A DNA stretch of 64,000 nt, from assembly GCA_007378955.1 (NCBI GenBank), contig VMGY01000003.1, positions 26,264-90,263 of the forward strand. Direction: 5' to 3'. This stretch comes from Parcubacteria group bacterium Athens0714_12 (lineage in GTDB: Bacteria; Patescibacteriota; Patescibacteriia; UBA2591; VMGY01). Below are positions 9,976 to 19,478 of this stretch, in pieces. The position numbers and the translations under genes were made by a program. Below the pieces are notes generated by a model. That model was not told the DNA's origin. It did no database searches and was given only the letters and a program-made list of their open reading frames with translations. The stretch's first letter is position 1. The number at the start of each line of letters is the position of its first letter.

Positions 9976-10066
9976 GCGAAATAACTAATAACTTACAACC
10001 TACAACTAACAACTCAATGATAAATTTTATTGTAAGTTGTAGGTTGTAAGTTGTGAGTTAATAAAT
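9976..10066. repeat. palindromic block of GTTGTAAGTTGTAGGTTGTAAGTT-type heptamer repeats (hairpin) in the leader of tRNA-Phe
   Basis: cttacaacctacaactaacaactcaa ... ttgtaagttgtaggttgtaagttgtgag are reverse complements of each other. Confidence 0.6.
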
Positions 10067-10068
10067 AA

Positions 10069-10141
10069 TGGACGATGCAGGACTCGAACCTGCGGCCTTC
10101 TGGGTGTAGACCAGACGCTCTGCCAATTGAGCTAATCGTCC
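10069..10141 (-). tRNA. tRNA-Val (anticodon TAC), no encoded CCA
   Basis: ggacgat/atcgtcc acceptor; anticodon stem tctgg/ccaga; loop tcTACac. Confidence 0.8.
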
Positions 10142-10151
10142 CATCTTTTAA

Positions 10152-10233
10152 TGCCCTCGGTGGGACTCGAACCCACACGCCAAAAAGGCACGGCACCTCA
10201 AGCCGCTGCGTATGCCAATTCCGCCACGAGGGC
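10152..10233 (-). tRNA. tRNA-Leu (anticodon GAG), long variable arm
   Basis: gccctcg/cgagggc acceptor; loop ttGAGgt; 82 nt. Confidence 0.75.
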
Positions 10234-10238
10234 TATTT

Positions 10239-10619
10239 TTAAACTTTTTCTTCTTTTAATTTCTTATTATAATTTCTTAGATAAAAAAGTTTAGCTTTTT
10301 TTACTTTAGCTTTTTTAACTATTTCAATCTTAGCAATAACCGGAGAATATAAAGGAAAAATCTTTTCTACTCCAATGCCAAAAGAATTTTTTCTGACTGT
10401 AAAAGTCTTGCTTTTACCCACTCCTTTTATGCCTAAAACCATTCCTTCAAAAATTTGAATTCTTTCCTTTTTTTCTCCCTTGGAATTTGTTTCTATGATT
10501 TTTTGGTGGACTTTAATAGTCATGCCCGGCTTAATTTCAGGCAATGTTTTTTCTTCAGTTTTTTTTGAATTTTCTTTTTTATCCTCTTTTTGTTCAGAGT
10601 CAATTTGCTTTTCTGACAT
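10239..10619 (-). CDS. rplS: 50S ribosomal protein L19
   Basis: KERIQIFEGMVLGIKGVG..TFTVRKNSFGIGVEKIFPLYSP..AKLFYLR matches the bL19 signature. Confidence 0.85.
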   Translation of the reverse strand: MSEKQIDSEQKEDKKENSKKTEEKTLPEIKPGMTIKVHQKIIETNSKGEKKERIQIFEGMVLGIKGVGKSKTFTVRKNSFGIGVEKIFPLYSPVIAKIEIVKKAKVKKAKLFYLRNYNKKLKEEKV

Positions 10620-10695
10620 ATTTTTTTATTAATATTTACTAATTATAAGCAACACATTCTATATTTTAAGATTTTAGCGGATTAAACCGCTAATG

Positions 10696-11622
10696 TCAAT
10701 CGCTTTTAAAAAAATCATTTAATTCATCAGGCAAACCGATTTCAAAATTTTGCTTCTTGTTTTCCAAATCGTGAAATCCCAATTTATGGCAATGTAAAAA
10801 AATTCTGTCCAATTTTACTTTTTTGCTTTTTTTTGGCTTGTAAATTTTATCCCCCACCACTGGATATCCCAAAGCTTTTAAATGAACCCTGATCTGATGC
10901 GTCCGGCCGGTTTTGGTCTTTACCTTAAGAAATGAATAATCGTTAATATATTTAATCAGTTCGTATTCAGTCAAAGCTGGTTTTGCCTTGGAAAAATAAC
11001 CGGTGCTCATCTTAAATCCTTTTTTCGGCAAACGGCCGATGGGCAATTCTATTTTTCCTTTTTTCTCTTTAATTCGGCCATGGACTAAAACTAAATATTC
11101 TTTTTCTATTTGGCGGTCTTGAAACTGCTTTTTTAGATATTCAAAAGCTTTTTGAGTTTTGGCGATTGCCAACAAGCCGGACGCTTCTTTATCTAAACGA
11201 TGGACAATGCCCGGCCGAAATTCATCTTCGCCCACATTTTTAATTTCCGGAAAATAATTCAATAAAATATTAACTAAAGTTTCTTTGCGATGAGCAGCTG
11301 AAGGATGGACAATCAAGCCGGCTGGCTTATTAATGATTAAAAAATTTTTATCTTCAAAAATAATTTCTAATTTCTTCTTTGACGGCGACAAATCAATTTC
11401 TTTCGCTTTTTTCATTTCTTCTATTTTTTTCTCGTCTATTTTTATCTCCTCATTTTCTTTTAATAAATAATGGGCTTTGATTTTTTTATCATTAACTAAA
11501 ACGCCGTTGCTTTTTATCAATTCCTGAATAAAAGCGCGCGGCAAGAAAAATTTTTCCGCCAAAAATTTATCTAAACGTTGTTTTTGACAATTTTCTTTAT
11601 TTGTGGTATGCTTTAAAAACAT
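10696..11622 (-). CDS. RluA-family 23S rRNA pseudouridine synthase with S4-like N-terminal domain
   Basis: HRLDKEASGLL catalytic motif; N-terminal S4 domain. Confidence 0.85.
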   Translation of the reverse strand: MFLKHTTNKENCQKQRLDKFLAEKFFLPRAFIQELIKSNGVLVNDKKIKAHYLLKENEEIKIDEKKIEEMKKAKEIDLSPSKKKLEIIFEDKNFLIINKPAGLIVHPSAAHRKETLVNILLNYFPEIKNVGEDEFRPGIVHRLDKEASGLLAIAKTQKAFEYLKKQFQDRQIEKEYLVLVHGRIKEKKGKIELPIGRLPKKGFKMSTGYFSKAKPALTEYELIKYINDYSFLKVKTKTGRTHQIRVHLKALGYPVVGDKIYKPKKSKKVKLDRIFLHCHKLGFHDLENKKQNFEIGLPDELNDFFKSD

Positions 11623-11672
11623 TGTTCTTCAAAATTAAAAAACAAAATCAAAATAACAAAGGAGGTGTTATA

Positions 11673-11870
11673 ATGTCTGTATATGGCGAAACAAAAATCT
11701 TGGCATGTATGTTAATTTCTTTCTTGATATCAATATTATCAATAATCGCGATGATATACTTATTCAAGCTGGCAATTTTTTCAACAATCATGTTTGCTCA
11801 TCTGATTTTTCTTTTTTCTTTTTTTATTGCTCTTCGCCGCGCGAGTAACAATAAAGCTCTCTCAGAATAA
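11673..11870 (+). CDS. small membrane protein (65 aa, two TM)
   Basis: AAGGAGGTG Shine-Dalgarno 7 nt upstream of ATG at 11673 (internal start of ORF-track ORF 11601-11870). Confidence 0.5.
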   Translation: MSVYGETKILACMLISFLISILSIIAMIYLFKLAIFSTIMFAHLIFLFSFFIALRRASNNKALSE

Positions 11871-13409
11871 AAGAGAGCTTTTTTCTTTTTCCAGATGTTT
11901 TTTTAAAAATTCAAATGCTTGTTTTTTACTTTTTACTCTTTTTGCCAATTGCTCTTCTCTTAAAATTTTTAATAATTCGCCGATTTGTTTACTTGGTTTT
12001 AATTTAAATTTTTTCATTATCTCATGGCCGTCTAAAATTGATTCAGGTAGTTTTTCTTTTTCTTTGCTCATCGCCTGCAAATTTTTTATTCTCTCTGCCA
12101 TTTTATAAAAATTGGTTAAATTTGTCTTGCCTTTATCAGGAATACTGGCGATCGCGTCAATAAAACCTAATTTTAATAAATCTTGACCATTAAATTTAGG
12201 ATTAAAAAAATATTTTTCCAAGGTGCTATTTTTTATTCCATCAACATTGTTGTTAAGAAAAAACATATGCGCTCTGACCAACCAGACAACTCTGTCTATG
12301 TCAATTTGAAATTCCTCGCTTGAAGAAAGCTTTAAACGTTCGCAAATTTTTTTAGCTAAATCAGCGCCAATCTGGTCATGGTCATTAAACCTGATTCTGT
12401 CAACAATGTCTTTTTTCGGCGTTTTTATCGTGTAGGGTTTGCCAATGTCATGAAAAATAATTCCCAAAATCAATTCTATCCCCGGCTTTTCACCGCCGAA
12501 TTCATTTTTAAATTCTTTTGAATTTAATTTTTCCAAAGCTAATTTAGTATGCGACCAAACATTGCCTTCTGAATGGAAATTTTTCGGCTGGGAACATTTT
12601 TTCATTTTTAAAAGTTCCGGCATTAAAACTTTAAAAGCGCCGCTTTGGTCATATAAATCAAAGGCCTTAACTGGATTCAAATAAAAAGCCTTTAAAAATT
12701 CTTTGGCGATAATTTCATAAGAAACAATTCTCTCTCCCTTGATTTCAGAATTTAATTTGGGAATAAACTTTTTAATCGCTGACCAAGTTTTATTTTCTAT
12801 TTTAAAATCTAATTGACAGGCAAATCTCAAAGCGCGAAGCATCCTTGAATAATCTTCTTTAAATCTTTCTTCTGGCTTGCCGACAGTTCTAATCACTTTT
12901 TTTTGTAAATCTTTTAGTCCGTTAAAAGAATCAATTAGTTGTTGTAAGTTGCGGGTTGTAAATTGCGGGTTATTTATTGCAAAGGCATTAATCGTAAAAT
13001 CTCTTCTGCTTAAATCTTCTTTAATCTCCAAATCGGGATTGCTCTGCACTTCCACATCCTTATAACCGCCGGTGCCAAAAGCATGCTCTTTTCTGGGCAA
13101 AGCAATATCCAAAGGTGTTCCTATTTTTTTACCTTTAGGCAAAAATTTAAAAACGCCGAAATTTTTACCAACCAAAAAAACTTTTCCTTCTTTAGTTAAA
13201 AAATTTTCCAAATCATTCGCGGAAACTTTTCTAACCACGAAATCATAATCCCCTTCATCCGGCAATCCCAACAAAGCATCCCTGACCGCGCCGCCAACCA
13301 AATAAACTTCGCTTTGGGAAAATTTTTTGTTCAATTTTTCGGCAAAATCCAAAAGACCTTCCTTTTCCAAACGTTTAATAAATTGAGAAATAATTTTTTG
13401 GCAATTCAT
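11862..13409 (-). CDS. cca: CCA-adding tRNA nucleotidyltransferase (Pol-beta-like head plus HD domain)
   Basis: GGAVRD..DxD nucleotidyltransferase motif and HD domain (FHDIGK). ORF-track N-terminal 37 codons are read-through of tRNA-Val; start reset to MNCQ at 13409. Confidence 0.8.
   Translation of the reverse strand: MNCQKIISQFIKRLEKEGLLDFAEKLNKKFSQSEVYLVGGAVRDALLGLPDEGDYDFVVRKVSANDLENFLTKEGKVFLVGKNFGVFKFLPKGKKIGTPLDIALPRKEHAFGTGGYKDVEVQSNPDLEIKEDLSRRDFTINAFAINNPQFTTRNLQQLIDSFNGLKDLQKKVIRTVGKPEERFKEDYSRMLRALRFACQLDFKIENKTWSAIKKFIPKLNSEIKGERIVSYEIIAKEFLKAFYLNPVKAFDLYDQSGAFKVLMPELLKMKKCSQPKNFHSEGNVWSHTKLALEKLNSKEFKNEFGGEKPGIELILGIIFHDIGKPYTIKTPKKDIVDRIRFNDHDQIGADLAKKICERLKLSSSEEFQIDIDRVVWLVRAHMFFLNNNVDGIKNSTLEKYFFNPKFNGQDLLKLGFIDAIASIPDKGKTNLTNFYKMAERIKNLQAMSKEKEKLPESILDGHEIMKKFKLKPSKQIGELLKILREEQLAKRVKSKKQAFEFLKKHLEKEKSSLLF
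12940..12975. repeat. GTTGTAAGTTGCGGGTTGTAAATTGCGGGTT 14-mer tandem repeat, antisense and in frame within cca
   Basis: Encodes NNPQFTTRNLQQ in cca; same motif family as the tRNA-leader repeats. Confidence 0.55.
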
Positions 13410-13450
13410 TTTAAATAAGCCCCTTTTTTGGGGCTCTAAGTTTTCAAAAA

Positions 13451-13526
13451 TGGTGGGCATTGTAGGATTTGAACCTACGACCTTCTCGATGTCGACGAGA
13501 CGCGCTAACCACTGCGCCAAATGCCC
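13451..13526 (-). tRNA. tRNA-Val (anticodon GAC), CCA encoded
   Basis: gggcatttggcgcagtggttagcgc..tcGACat..ttcaaat; 76 nt. Confidence 0.85.
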
Positions 13527-13770
13527 TAATAATTATTAATTATTTTTTGACAAAATAAACTGCTGATAAATAGTAATCTTCTTTGAATGGCTATGTTTCC
13601 ACATCTTATTTGTTGATATTTCACCCCTTTAGCATTTCTTCTATTATTTTTTAGAATATCAAAAAATCGCGAAAACGGCAAGATGCCTTGGCATTTTTTA
13701 AAATTAAAGCTATTATGAAATAAAAGTTCTTTACAATCAAATTTAACATCTAAATAAAAGGAGGATTTAA

Positions 13771-14391
13771 ATGTCTCAATTTATCAAAGGCGTAGAGGAT
13801 TTATTAGATGAAATAATTAAAAGAAAAGAAACTTTTCTGCAAAAAATTTTGAAGCCGGCGCCTTTATGGGTAACTCCCGACCAGCTAACGCTAATTCGTA
13901 TTTTATGCATTTTTCCGATTATTTTTTTCCTTTTAGGCAAAAAATTATTCTTGGCTTTCTCTTTTTACACCTTCGGCGCTTTACTGGATTTAATCGACGG
14001 TCCCTTAGCGCGGGTTAGAAAAAAAGAAACTGATTTAGGAAAAAGACTCGACCCCTTCGCGGATAAAATTTTATTTGGCGTTACTTTCATTATTTTGGTC
14101 TTGGCTATTCGCCCATCATTTTCAAAGATTCTTTTTTGGCTGATTTTCATCTGTGAATTTATCTTGGTCGCTTTAAGCTTGATTGGAAAAAATTTTATGG
14201 TCTATAAAGGGCTCAAAAAAAAATTAGGAGCCAATCTTTGGGGAAAATGGAAATTTACTCTGCAATTTTTTGGCATCTACCTGCTCATTTTCAACCAATT
14301 ATTTTTTGCGCATATTGTTCTATGGGTGTCTCTTATTTTAGCCATCGCCAGCATCATCGGACATTTAACCTTTAAAGAAGAAAAGCCCTGA
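13771..14391 (+). CDS. pgsA: CDP-alcohol phosphatidyltransferase (phosphatidylglycerophosphate synthase-like)
   Basis: DGPLAR...G..LDPFADKIL CDP-OH P-transferase motif; multi-TM. Confidence 0.75.
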   Translation: MSQFIKGVEDLLDEIIKRKETFLQKILKPAPLWVTPDQLTLIRILCIFPIIFFLLGKKLFLAFSFYTFGALLDLIDGPLARVRKKETDLGKRLDPFADKILFGVTFIILVLAIRPSFSKILFWLIFICEFILVALSLIGKNFMVYKGLKKKLGANLWGKWKFTLQFFGIYLLIFNQLFFAHIVLWVSLILAIASIIGHLTFKEEKP

Positions 14392-14467
14392 GAAAAACTC
14401 GGGGCTTTTAATTATTGATTTGCTTTTATTGATAAAGTTGATAAAATAAAAATAAATAACGATTTTT

Positions 14468-14716
14468 ATGTATTTTATTTATTATTTATTAGCAATTTTA
14501 ATTGGAAGTTTATTAACGATTAAATCTGAATGGTTTTTAAATAATTTCGGCCGGGTGGAATGGGCGGAAAAACATTTAGGATTAGATGGCGGCAGTAGAT
14601 TATTTTACAAACTTTTGGGCATTGCCATTATTATTATAGCTTTGTTGTTTATGACCGGCTTGATGCAAAATTGGCTTTTAGGCTTCTTCTTCCCTTTTTT
14701 AAATCCTAAATTATAA
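14468..14716 (+). CDS. small membrane protein (82 aa)
   Basis: Two hydrophobic helices; no family recognised. Confidence 0.35.
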   Translation: MYFIYYLLAILIGSLLTIKSEWFLNNFGRVEWAEKHLGLDGGSRLFYKLLGIAIIIIALLFMTGLMQNWLLGFFFPFLNPKL

Positions 14717-14737
14717 ATTTTTATATAAAAGTTTTAG

Positions 14738-14765
14738 GTTGTTAATTGTAAGTTGTGGGTTGTTA
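14738..14765. repeat. GTTGTTAATTGTAAGTTGTGGGTTGTTAGTT repeat immediately 5' of tRNA-Ala
   Basis: Same heptamer family as 9976-10066, in transcript orientation directly abutting the tRNA 5' end. Confidence 0.55.
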
Positions 14766-14842
14766 GTTATTTATTGGGCTGTTAGCTCAGCTGGCTAGAG
14801 CGCCTGCTTTGCAAGCAGGAGGTCACCGGTTCGAATCCGGTA
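14766..14842 (+). tRNA. tRNA-Ala (anticodon TGC), CCA encoded
   Basis: gggctgttagctcagctggctagagc..ttTGCaa..ttcgaat; 77 nt. Confidence 0.9.
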
Positions 14843-14852
14843 CAGTCCACCA

Positions 14853-14890
14853 AGGTTTATTATTTCGCTTAAAGCGAAATTTTTTTATTT
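14853..14890 (+). terminator. rho-independent terminator after tRNA-Ala
   Basis: atttcgcttaaagcgaaat hairpin plus TTTTTTTATTTTT. Confidence 0.5.
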
Positions 14891-15157
14891 TTAACAACTT
14901 CTATTTTGAATGACTTTTTAAAAAATAATTTAACAATAAAAAATTTTAATTATCTTCATTTTAAAAAACATAAATATTTTTTAAAGTAAAATTTTTTCAA
15001 AAAATCAAAAGTTATCCACACTTTTTATTGTTGCAAAAAAAATTAGATGTTATAATAAAAATAGAATTTAAAAAAATAATTTTGAAAAATTTTACGCAAA
15101 AAATTTTTTAAAAATCAGAATGTAATTTTTTACATTCGGAAGGAGGTGAAAAAACAA

Positions 15158-15244
15158 ATGGCAAAAAGAAAAGTAACAAAGAAAAAAACAACAAAGAAAA
15201 AAGTGACTAAAAAGAAAAAAACTGCTAAGAGAAAAAAAAGATAG
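15158..15244 (+). CDS. tiny lysine-rich basic protein (28 aa: MAKRKVTKKKTTKKKVTKKKKTAKRKKR)
   Basis: GGAAGGAGGTG Shine-Dalgarno 9 nt upstream, ATG, TAG stop, immediately followed by a strong hairpin terminator. Confidence 0.4.
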   Translation: MAKRKVTKKKTTKKKVTKKKKTAKRKKR

Positions 15245-15295
15245 GTCTATAGTTCTCATGATATAAATCTTATATCAGTTTCTAAGGAGATCTCT

Positions 15296-15344
15296 TTGAA
15301 AGAAACAAAAACAAAGTTCTTATTAAGAACTTTGTTTTTGTTTA
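15296..15344. terminator. bidirectional hairpin terminator (serves the tiny ORF on + and the PHP gene on -)
   Basis: aaacaaaaacaaagttcttattaagaactttgtttttgttt perfect palindrome flanked by A/T runs. Confidence 0.5.
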
Positions 15345-15371
15345 TAATGGATTTACCGCGCGGCTATAAAA

Positions 15372-16634
15372 TTAAAATAATATTGATTGTTTGCCAATTT
15401 CCCTATCTTGATCGTTAAAAACTTTTACTGTTCCATAAATTCCATCGTAGCCGGGCTCTATTTTAAGGTCTCTTTTCTTTACTTTTTTTATTCCTTCAGC
15501 AATTTTTGGCAAAGTAATGCTTGAAAGTTCGTCAAAAGATAAATCCAATAAAATATTAAATTCGCTTTTTCCTTTTTCTATCAAACTTCGATATTCAATC
15601 TCCACTCCCTTGGTTCCTTTTTTCTTGTCCAGCCCTTCGGCGATAATTTCCCTTAATGGAACTAAATTTTTAAAAGGGATGTGATTTTTAGGAATAAAAT
15701 TTTCTTCGCGGTCGGCTAATTTATCTACTCGATGCATCACGCCGACGGTTAATGGTTTTTTGCAAACCGGACAAAGATAATTATTCTTTTTTGTCTGATT
15801 AGGAGAAAATCTAATGCCGCATAAACGATGGCCGTCAAAATGATATTTTCCTTCTTCGGGAAAAAATTCAATAGTGTATAAAAATTTTGACTTGTCTTTT
15901 TCTTTGATAATTCTAATTATTTCTTGATAAGAAAGATTTTTCGGTTCAATTTCAAAAACATTGGCTTCCCTGCCCAAGTTATCCAAGCTATGAGCGTCAG
16001 AGTTAGAAATTAAAGTTAATTCATCCATGGACGATAAGCGCCAATTCATCGCCGGATCACTGCTTAAACCAGTTTCCAAAGCATAAATGTTTGGTGTCAT
16101 TTCATCAAAGCATTCTTCCAAGGAATCAAAGCCGGATTCAGAACCGAAGATGCCGAACCACGGCGTCCAACAATGCGCCGGCACCAGCAAACAATCAGGC
16201 GAAACGTCTAAAACTATTTTTAATAACTCTTTGGAATCCATTCCTAAAATCGGCCGGCCGTCTGATTTTAATTTAGCGCCGCGCGCTAATAATTGTTTGT
16301 TTATTTTTTCCGCTGTTTCCAAATTAGGGGCGAAAATAAGCAAGTGAACTCTTCTTACTCTGCCATTCTTGGAATAAATACAGCTTATTTCCGTGGTTAA
16401 AATAAATCTTGTTTTTATTCCGGCTTCGCTATTTTTTAATTTATACAATCCTTCTTCTACGCGCAACAGCTTATTTTTTATTTCTTTAAACCATTCTGGA
16501 TGGGTAAAATCCGCGACGGTAATAATATCAATGCCTTTTTTCTTCGCCCATAAATTTAAATGCTCCAAATCCATTTTGGGGCTGGTAGCCCGGGAATATT
16601 TGGAATGAATGTGTAAATCCGCAATGTATCTCAT
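15372..16634 (-). CDS. PHP-domain metal-dependent phosphoesterase with internal C4 zinc ribbon
   Basis: N-terminal HIHSKYS.. PHP His motif; CPVCKK...CGIRF Zn-ribbon. Confidence 0.65.
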   Translation of the reverse strand: MRYIADLHIHSKYSRATSPKMDLEHLNLWAKKKGIDIITVADFTHPEWFKEIKNKLLRVEEGLYKLKNSEAGIKTRFILTTEISCIYSKNGRVRRVHLLIFAPNLETAEKINKQLLARGAKLKSDGRPILGMDSKELLKIVLDVSPDCLLVPAHCWTPWFGIFGSESGFDSLEECFDEMTPNIYALETGLSSDPAMNWRLSSMDELTLISNSDAHSLDNLGREANVFEIEPKNLSYQEIIRIIKEKDKSKFLYTIEFFPEEGKYHFDGHRLCGIRFSPNQTKKNNYLCPVCKKPLTVGVMHRVDKLADREENFIPKNHIPFKNLVPLREIIAEGLDKKKGTKGVEIEYRSLIEKGKSEFNILLDLSFDELSSITLPKIAEGIKKVKKRDLKIEPGYDGIYGTVKVFNDQDREIGKQSILF

Positions 16635-16754
16635 ATTTATTAAAAGTATAAGATCCTTCGCCTTCAGCTCGGGACGAGAGTATTGAATAATTATTTAACA
16701 CTCTTAGTTTATCATCTTAAAAAATTTTAGACAAATTTTATTTTTAAATAAAAT

Positions 16755-18074
16755 GTGCTAATCTTAAAAAATATGAATAATAAAAAAATCTTAATCTGGG
16801 GCTTAGGGAAAAGCGGAATTTCTTTAGCCAAGCTTCTAATCAGGAAAGGTTTTACTGTTTATGCCGGCGATGACAAAAAAATTCCTCTTTTAAATAAAAA
16901 AATAAAAATTGTTCTGATAAAAGAAGCGGAAAAAATTTTAAAAGGAGTAGATATTTTTTCTCCCGCGCCGGGAATATCTCCCAAACATCGTCTTTTCATT
17001 AAAGCCCAAAAATTAAAAAAAGAAATTTTAGGCGAGATAGAAATCGCCTCTTGGTTTTTAAAGGGAAAAATTATTGCTGTCACCGGCACTGACGGCAAAT
17101 CAACGACCTGCGCTTTTTTGCATAAATTATTAAAAAACGCCGGCCTGGAAGTTTGGCTGGGAGGAAATTATGGAAAGCCGTTAGCCGACTTCGCGGAAAA
17201 AACAAAAAAAGACGATTTTACAATTTTAGAAATTTCCAGTTTTCAAGGATTTTCTTTAAAAAATTTTAGGCCTAACTATGGATTTTTTTTGAATCTCTCT
17301 GATGACCACTTGGACTGGCACCTTAATTTAAATCATTATCTTTCGGCTAAATATAAAATTTTTCAAAATCAAACAAGAGCAGATTTTTTAATTATTAACG
17401 ATGATAATAGCTTTGCTCGGGCCGTTTCTTCGCCAGCAAAAAAATACTTTTTCTCTCTAAAAAACAAAACTGCCGATGCTTATTTGGACAATGAAACAAT
17501 TTATGCCTTTAAGGAAAAAATTTTCAGCCGCTCTGAACCAAAACTTTTAGGCGAACATAATTTGAGCAATCTGATGGCAAGTTGCCTTTTGGCTAAAATT
17601 TTAAAAATTAACAATGAAACAATCAGAAAAACCATTAAAACTTTCTCTCCTCTGCCGCACCGCCTGGAATTAGCCAGAAAAATTAAAGGGGTAAAATTTT
17701 ATAACGATTCTAAGGCAACTACTCCTCAGGCGATGAGAGCGGCGATAGAATCATTTCCTGAACAAAAAATTATTTTAATCGCCGGCGGCAAAGACAAGGG
17801 CAGTGATTTTAAAAAATTAAAAGAAATAATCAAAGAAAAAATAAAAGCTGCGGTCTTAATCGGCAAGACAAAAAATAAAATAAAAAAAGCCTGGCAAAAA
17901 GCAACTCTTATTTTTTTAGAAAATTCCATGGAAAAAGCCGTAAAAAAATCCTTTGCTTTAGCTAAAAAAGACGAAATTGTTTTGCTTTCTCCCGGCTGCT
18001 CTAGCCTTGATATGTTCGCTAATTATAAAGAAAGAGGAAAAAAATTTAAAAAAATCGTGAAACAGCTAAAATAA
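16755..18074 (+). CDS. murD: UDP-N-acetylmuramoylalanine--D-glutamate ligase
   Basis: N-terminal Rossmann GLGKSG; Mur-ligase P-loop VTGTDGKSTT; C-terminal domain. Confidence 0.85.
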   Translation: MLILKNMNNKKILIWGLGKSGISLAKLLIRKGFTVYAGDDKKIPLLNKKIKIVLIKEAEKILKGVDIFSPAPGISPKHRLFIKAQKLKKEILGEIEIASWFLKGKIIAVTGTDGKSTTCAFLHKLLKNAGLEVWLGGNYGKPLADFAEKTKKDDFTILEISSFQGFSLKNFRPNYGFFLNLSDDHLDWHLNLNHYLSAKYKIFQNQTRADFLIINDDNSFARAVSSPAKKYFFSLKNKTADAYLDNETIYAFKEKIFSRSEPKLLGEHNLSNLMASCLLAKILKINNETIRKTIKTFSPLPHRLELARKIKGVKFYNDSKATTPQAMRAAIESFPEQKIILIAGGKDKGSDFKKLKEIIKEKIKAAVLIGKTKNKIKKAWQKATLIFLENSMEKAVKKSFALAKKDEIVLLSPGCSSLDMFANYKERGKKFKKIVKQLK

Positions 18075-18204
18075 ACGCGTTGATTTTTATTGATTTATTT
18101 GCTATTATATTTTTATCCTATTAATACAATACCCAGCATTACAACATAAACAAAATTTTCTGATTATGGTGTTGCGATGCTGGGTTATAAATTAAAGCCG
18201 TAAA

Positions 18205-19473
18205 TTGGCTATGCGTATTTTTAAACAAAAAATAACTATTCACTTGGTTATTACTTTAATTAAAATATTAACTTTTATAAAAAGAAGTATTGCCTTCTTT
18301 TTTTTAATTATCTTAAAATTCTTAAAAAAAATAGGTGGTGTATTGTTTCAAATTATTATTTTGCCTATTTATAAATTTTATCTACCGATAAAAAAAAGAT
18401 TTCAAAAATTTTTTCAAGAATCTTCCAAAAATAAATTCTTTTTTCTTGTTACCCATCCAAAATCTATCAATGTCTTGATTATCTTATTGGCTATTCTTGT
18501 GGCAAGCGCTAATATAAATGCCGGAGACAAGCAGCAAAGCACCGCCAAAGAATCTCTTCCTTTCATTCTTTTCAATGGAGAAGAGGAAATAACAGAGGAA
18601 GCGTTCGTCGAAGAAGGCGTTCCTTTAGAAAACTACTTTTCTAACGCGGAAGCAATCAAGCCATTGTTGCAAATTGAAGAGGAAAAGTTTGACTTAGAAG
18701 CGGAAAATGTAATTAGTTTTTTTAATGATTCGTATTTATTCAAGCCTTTCACTTCTGTCACGCAACAGACTCCTCGCTCAAGGACAAGTATAGAAACTTA
18801 CGTTGTGCAACTGGGGGATACGATTGGCGAAATCGCGGAAAAATTTAACTTGTGGGTGAGTACTATTTTATGGGAAAATAATTTATCAAGTTACTCCATT
18901 ATCAAGCCGGGCCAAGAACTGACTATTTTGCCGGTCAATGGCATTACTTATAAAATCAAAAAAGGCGATACTCTGGATTCTATCGCCAAGAAATATAAAA
19001 GCGAATCGACAAAAATTATTGATTTAAATAAATTAGCCAGCGCGAATGATTTGGAAATAGGCAAAATTTTAATTATCCCCGACGGGAAAAAATATATCGC
19101 GCCAATAATCAAAAAAGTGTCGTCCCAATCTGCTTTTGCTTCAGGAAATTTTAAAGGGCATACTTTCCCTTGGGGCCAATGCACTTGGTATGTAGCCCAA
19201 AAAAGATATGTTCCTTGGAGCGGGCATGCTAAAAATTGGTTAGCCAATGCCAGAAGAATGGGATTTGAAATAGGCACAAACCCATTAATAGGAGCGATTA
19301 TTTGTTTAAAGGAGACTGGCTGGCAAGCGCGGCTTTGGGGTCATGTTGCTTACGTGGAAGAAGTGAACGGAAATAATATTATCATTTCGGAAATGAATTA
19401 TAAAGGCGTTGGCGTTTATAGCAAAAGAACTTTGCCTATTAACAGCAAAAAAATAATCGGGTATATCTATTAA
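18205..19473 (+). CDS. secreted peptidoglycan hydrolase: N-terminal TM, two LysM domains, C-terminal CHAP amidase/peptidase domain
   Basis: YVVQLGDTIGEIAEKF and YKIKKGDTLDSIAKKY LysM repeats; GQCTWYV...GHVAYVEEV CHAP Cys/His. Confidence 0.75.
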   Translation: MAMRIFKQKITIHLVITLIKILTFIKRSIAFFFLIILKFLKKIGGVLFQIIILPIYKFYLPIKKRFQKFFQESSKNKFFFLVTHPKSINVLIILLAILVASANINAGDKQQSTAKESLPFILFNGEEEITEEAFVEEGVPLENYFSNAEAIKPLLQIEEEKFDLEAENVISFFNDSYLFKPFTSVTQQTPRSRTSIETYVVQLGDTIGEIAEKFNLWVSTILWENNLSSYSIIKPGQELTILPVNGITYKIKKGDTLDSIAKKYKSESTKIIDLNKLASANDLEIGKILIIPDGKKYIAPIIKKVSSQSAFASGNFKGHTFPWGQCTWYVAQKRYVPWSGHAKNWLANARRMGFEIGTNPLIGAIICLKETGWQARLWGHVAYVEEVNGNNIIISEMNYKGVGVYSKRTLPINSKKIIGYIY

Positions 19474-19478
19474 AATTT

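Noticed and set aside
10014-10196. ORF-track ORFs overlapping tRNA genes (10014-10196, 50094-50276, 51329-51559)
   Set aside because: They coincide with tRNA-Val, tRNA-Leu, tRNA-Ser and tRNA-Arg respectively. They have no RBS and show amino-acid strings typical of translated tRNA sequence.
13410-13520. N-terminal 37 codons of ORF-track ORF 11862-13520 (MAQWLARLVDIEKVVGSNPT...)
   Set aside because: This stretch is an in-frame translation of tRNA-Val(GAC) (13451-13526). The real cca start is the MNCQ methionine at 13409.
16725-16750. Recurrent AAATTTTAGACAAA motif (16730, 29060, 48845) as a shared promoter element
   Set aside because: There are only three copies. One faces into the antisense of a gene. 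Spacing to a -10 box is inconsistent. Support is insufficient.
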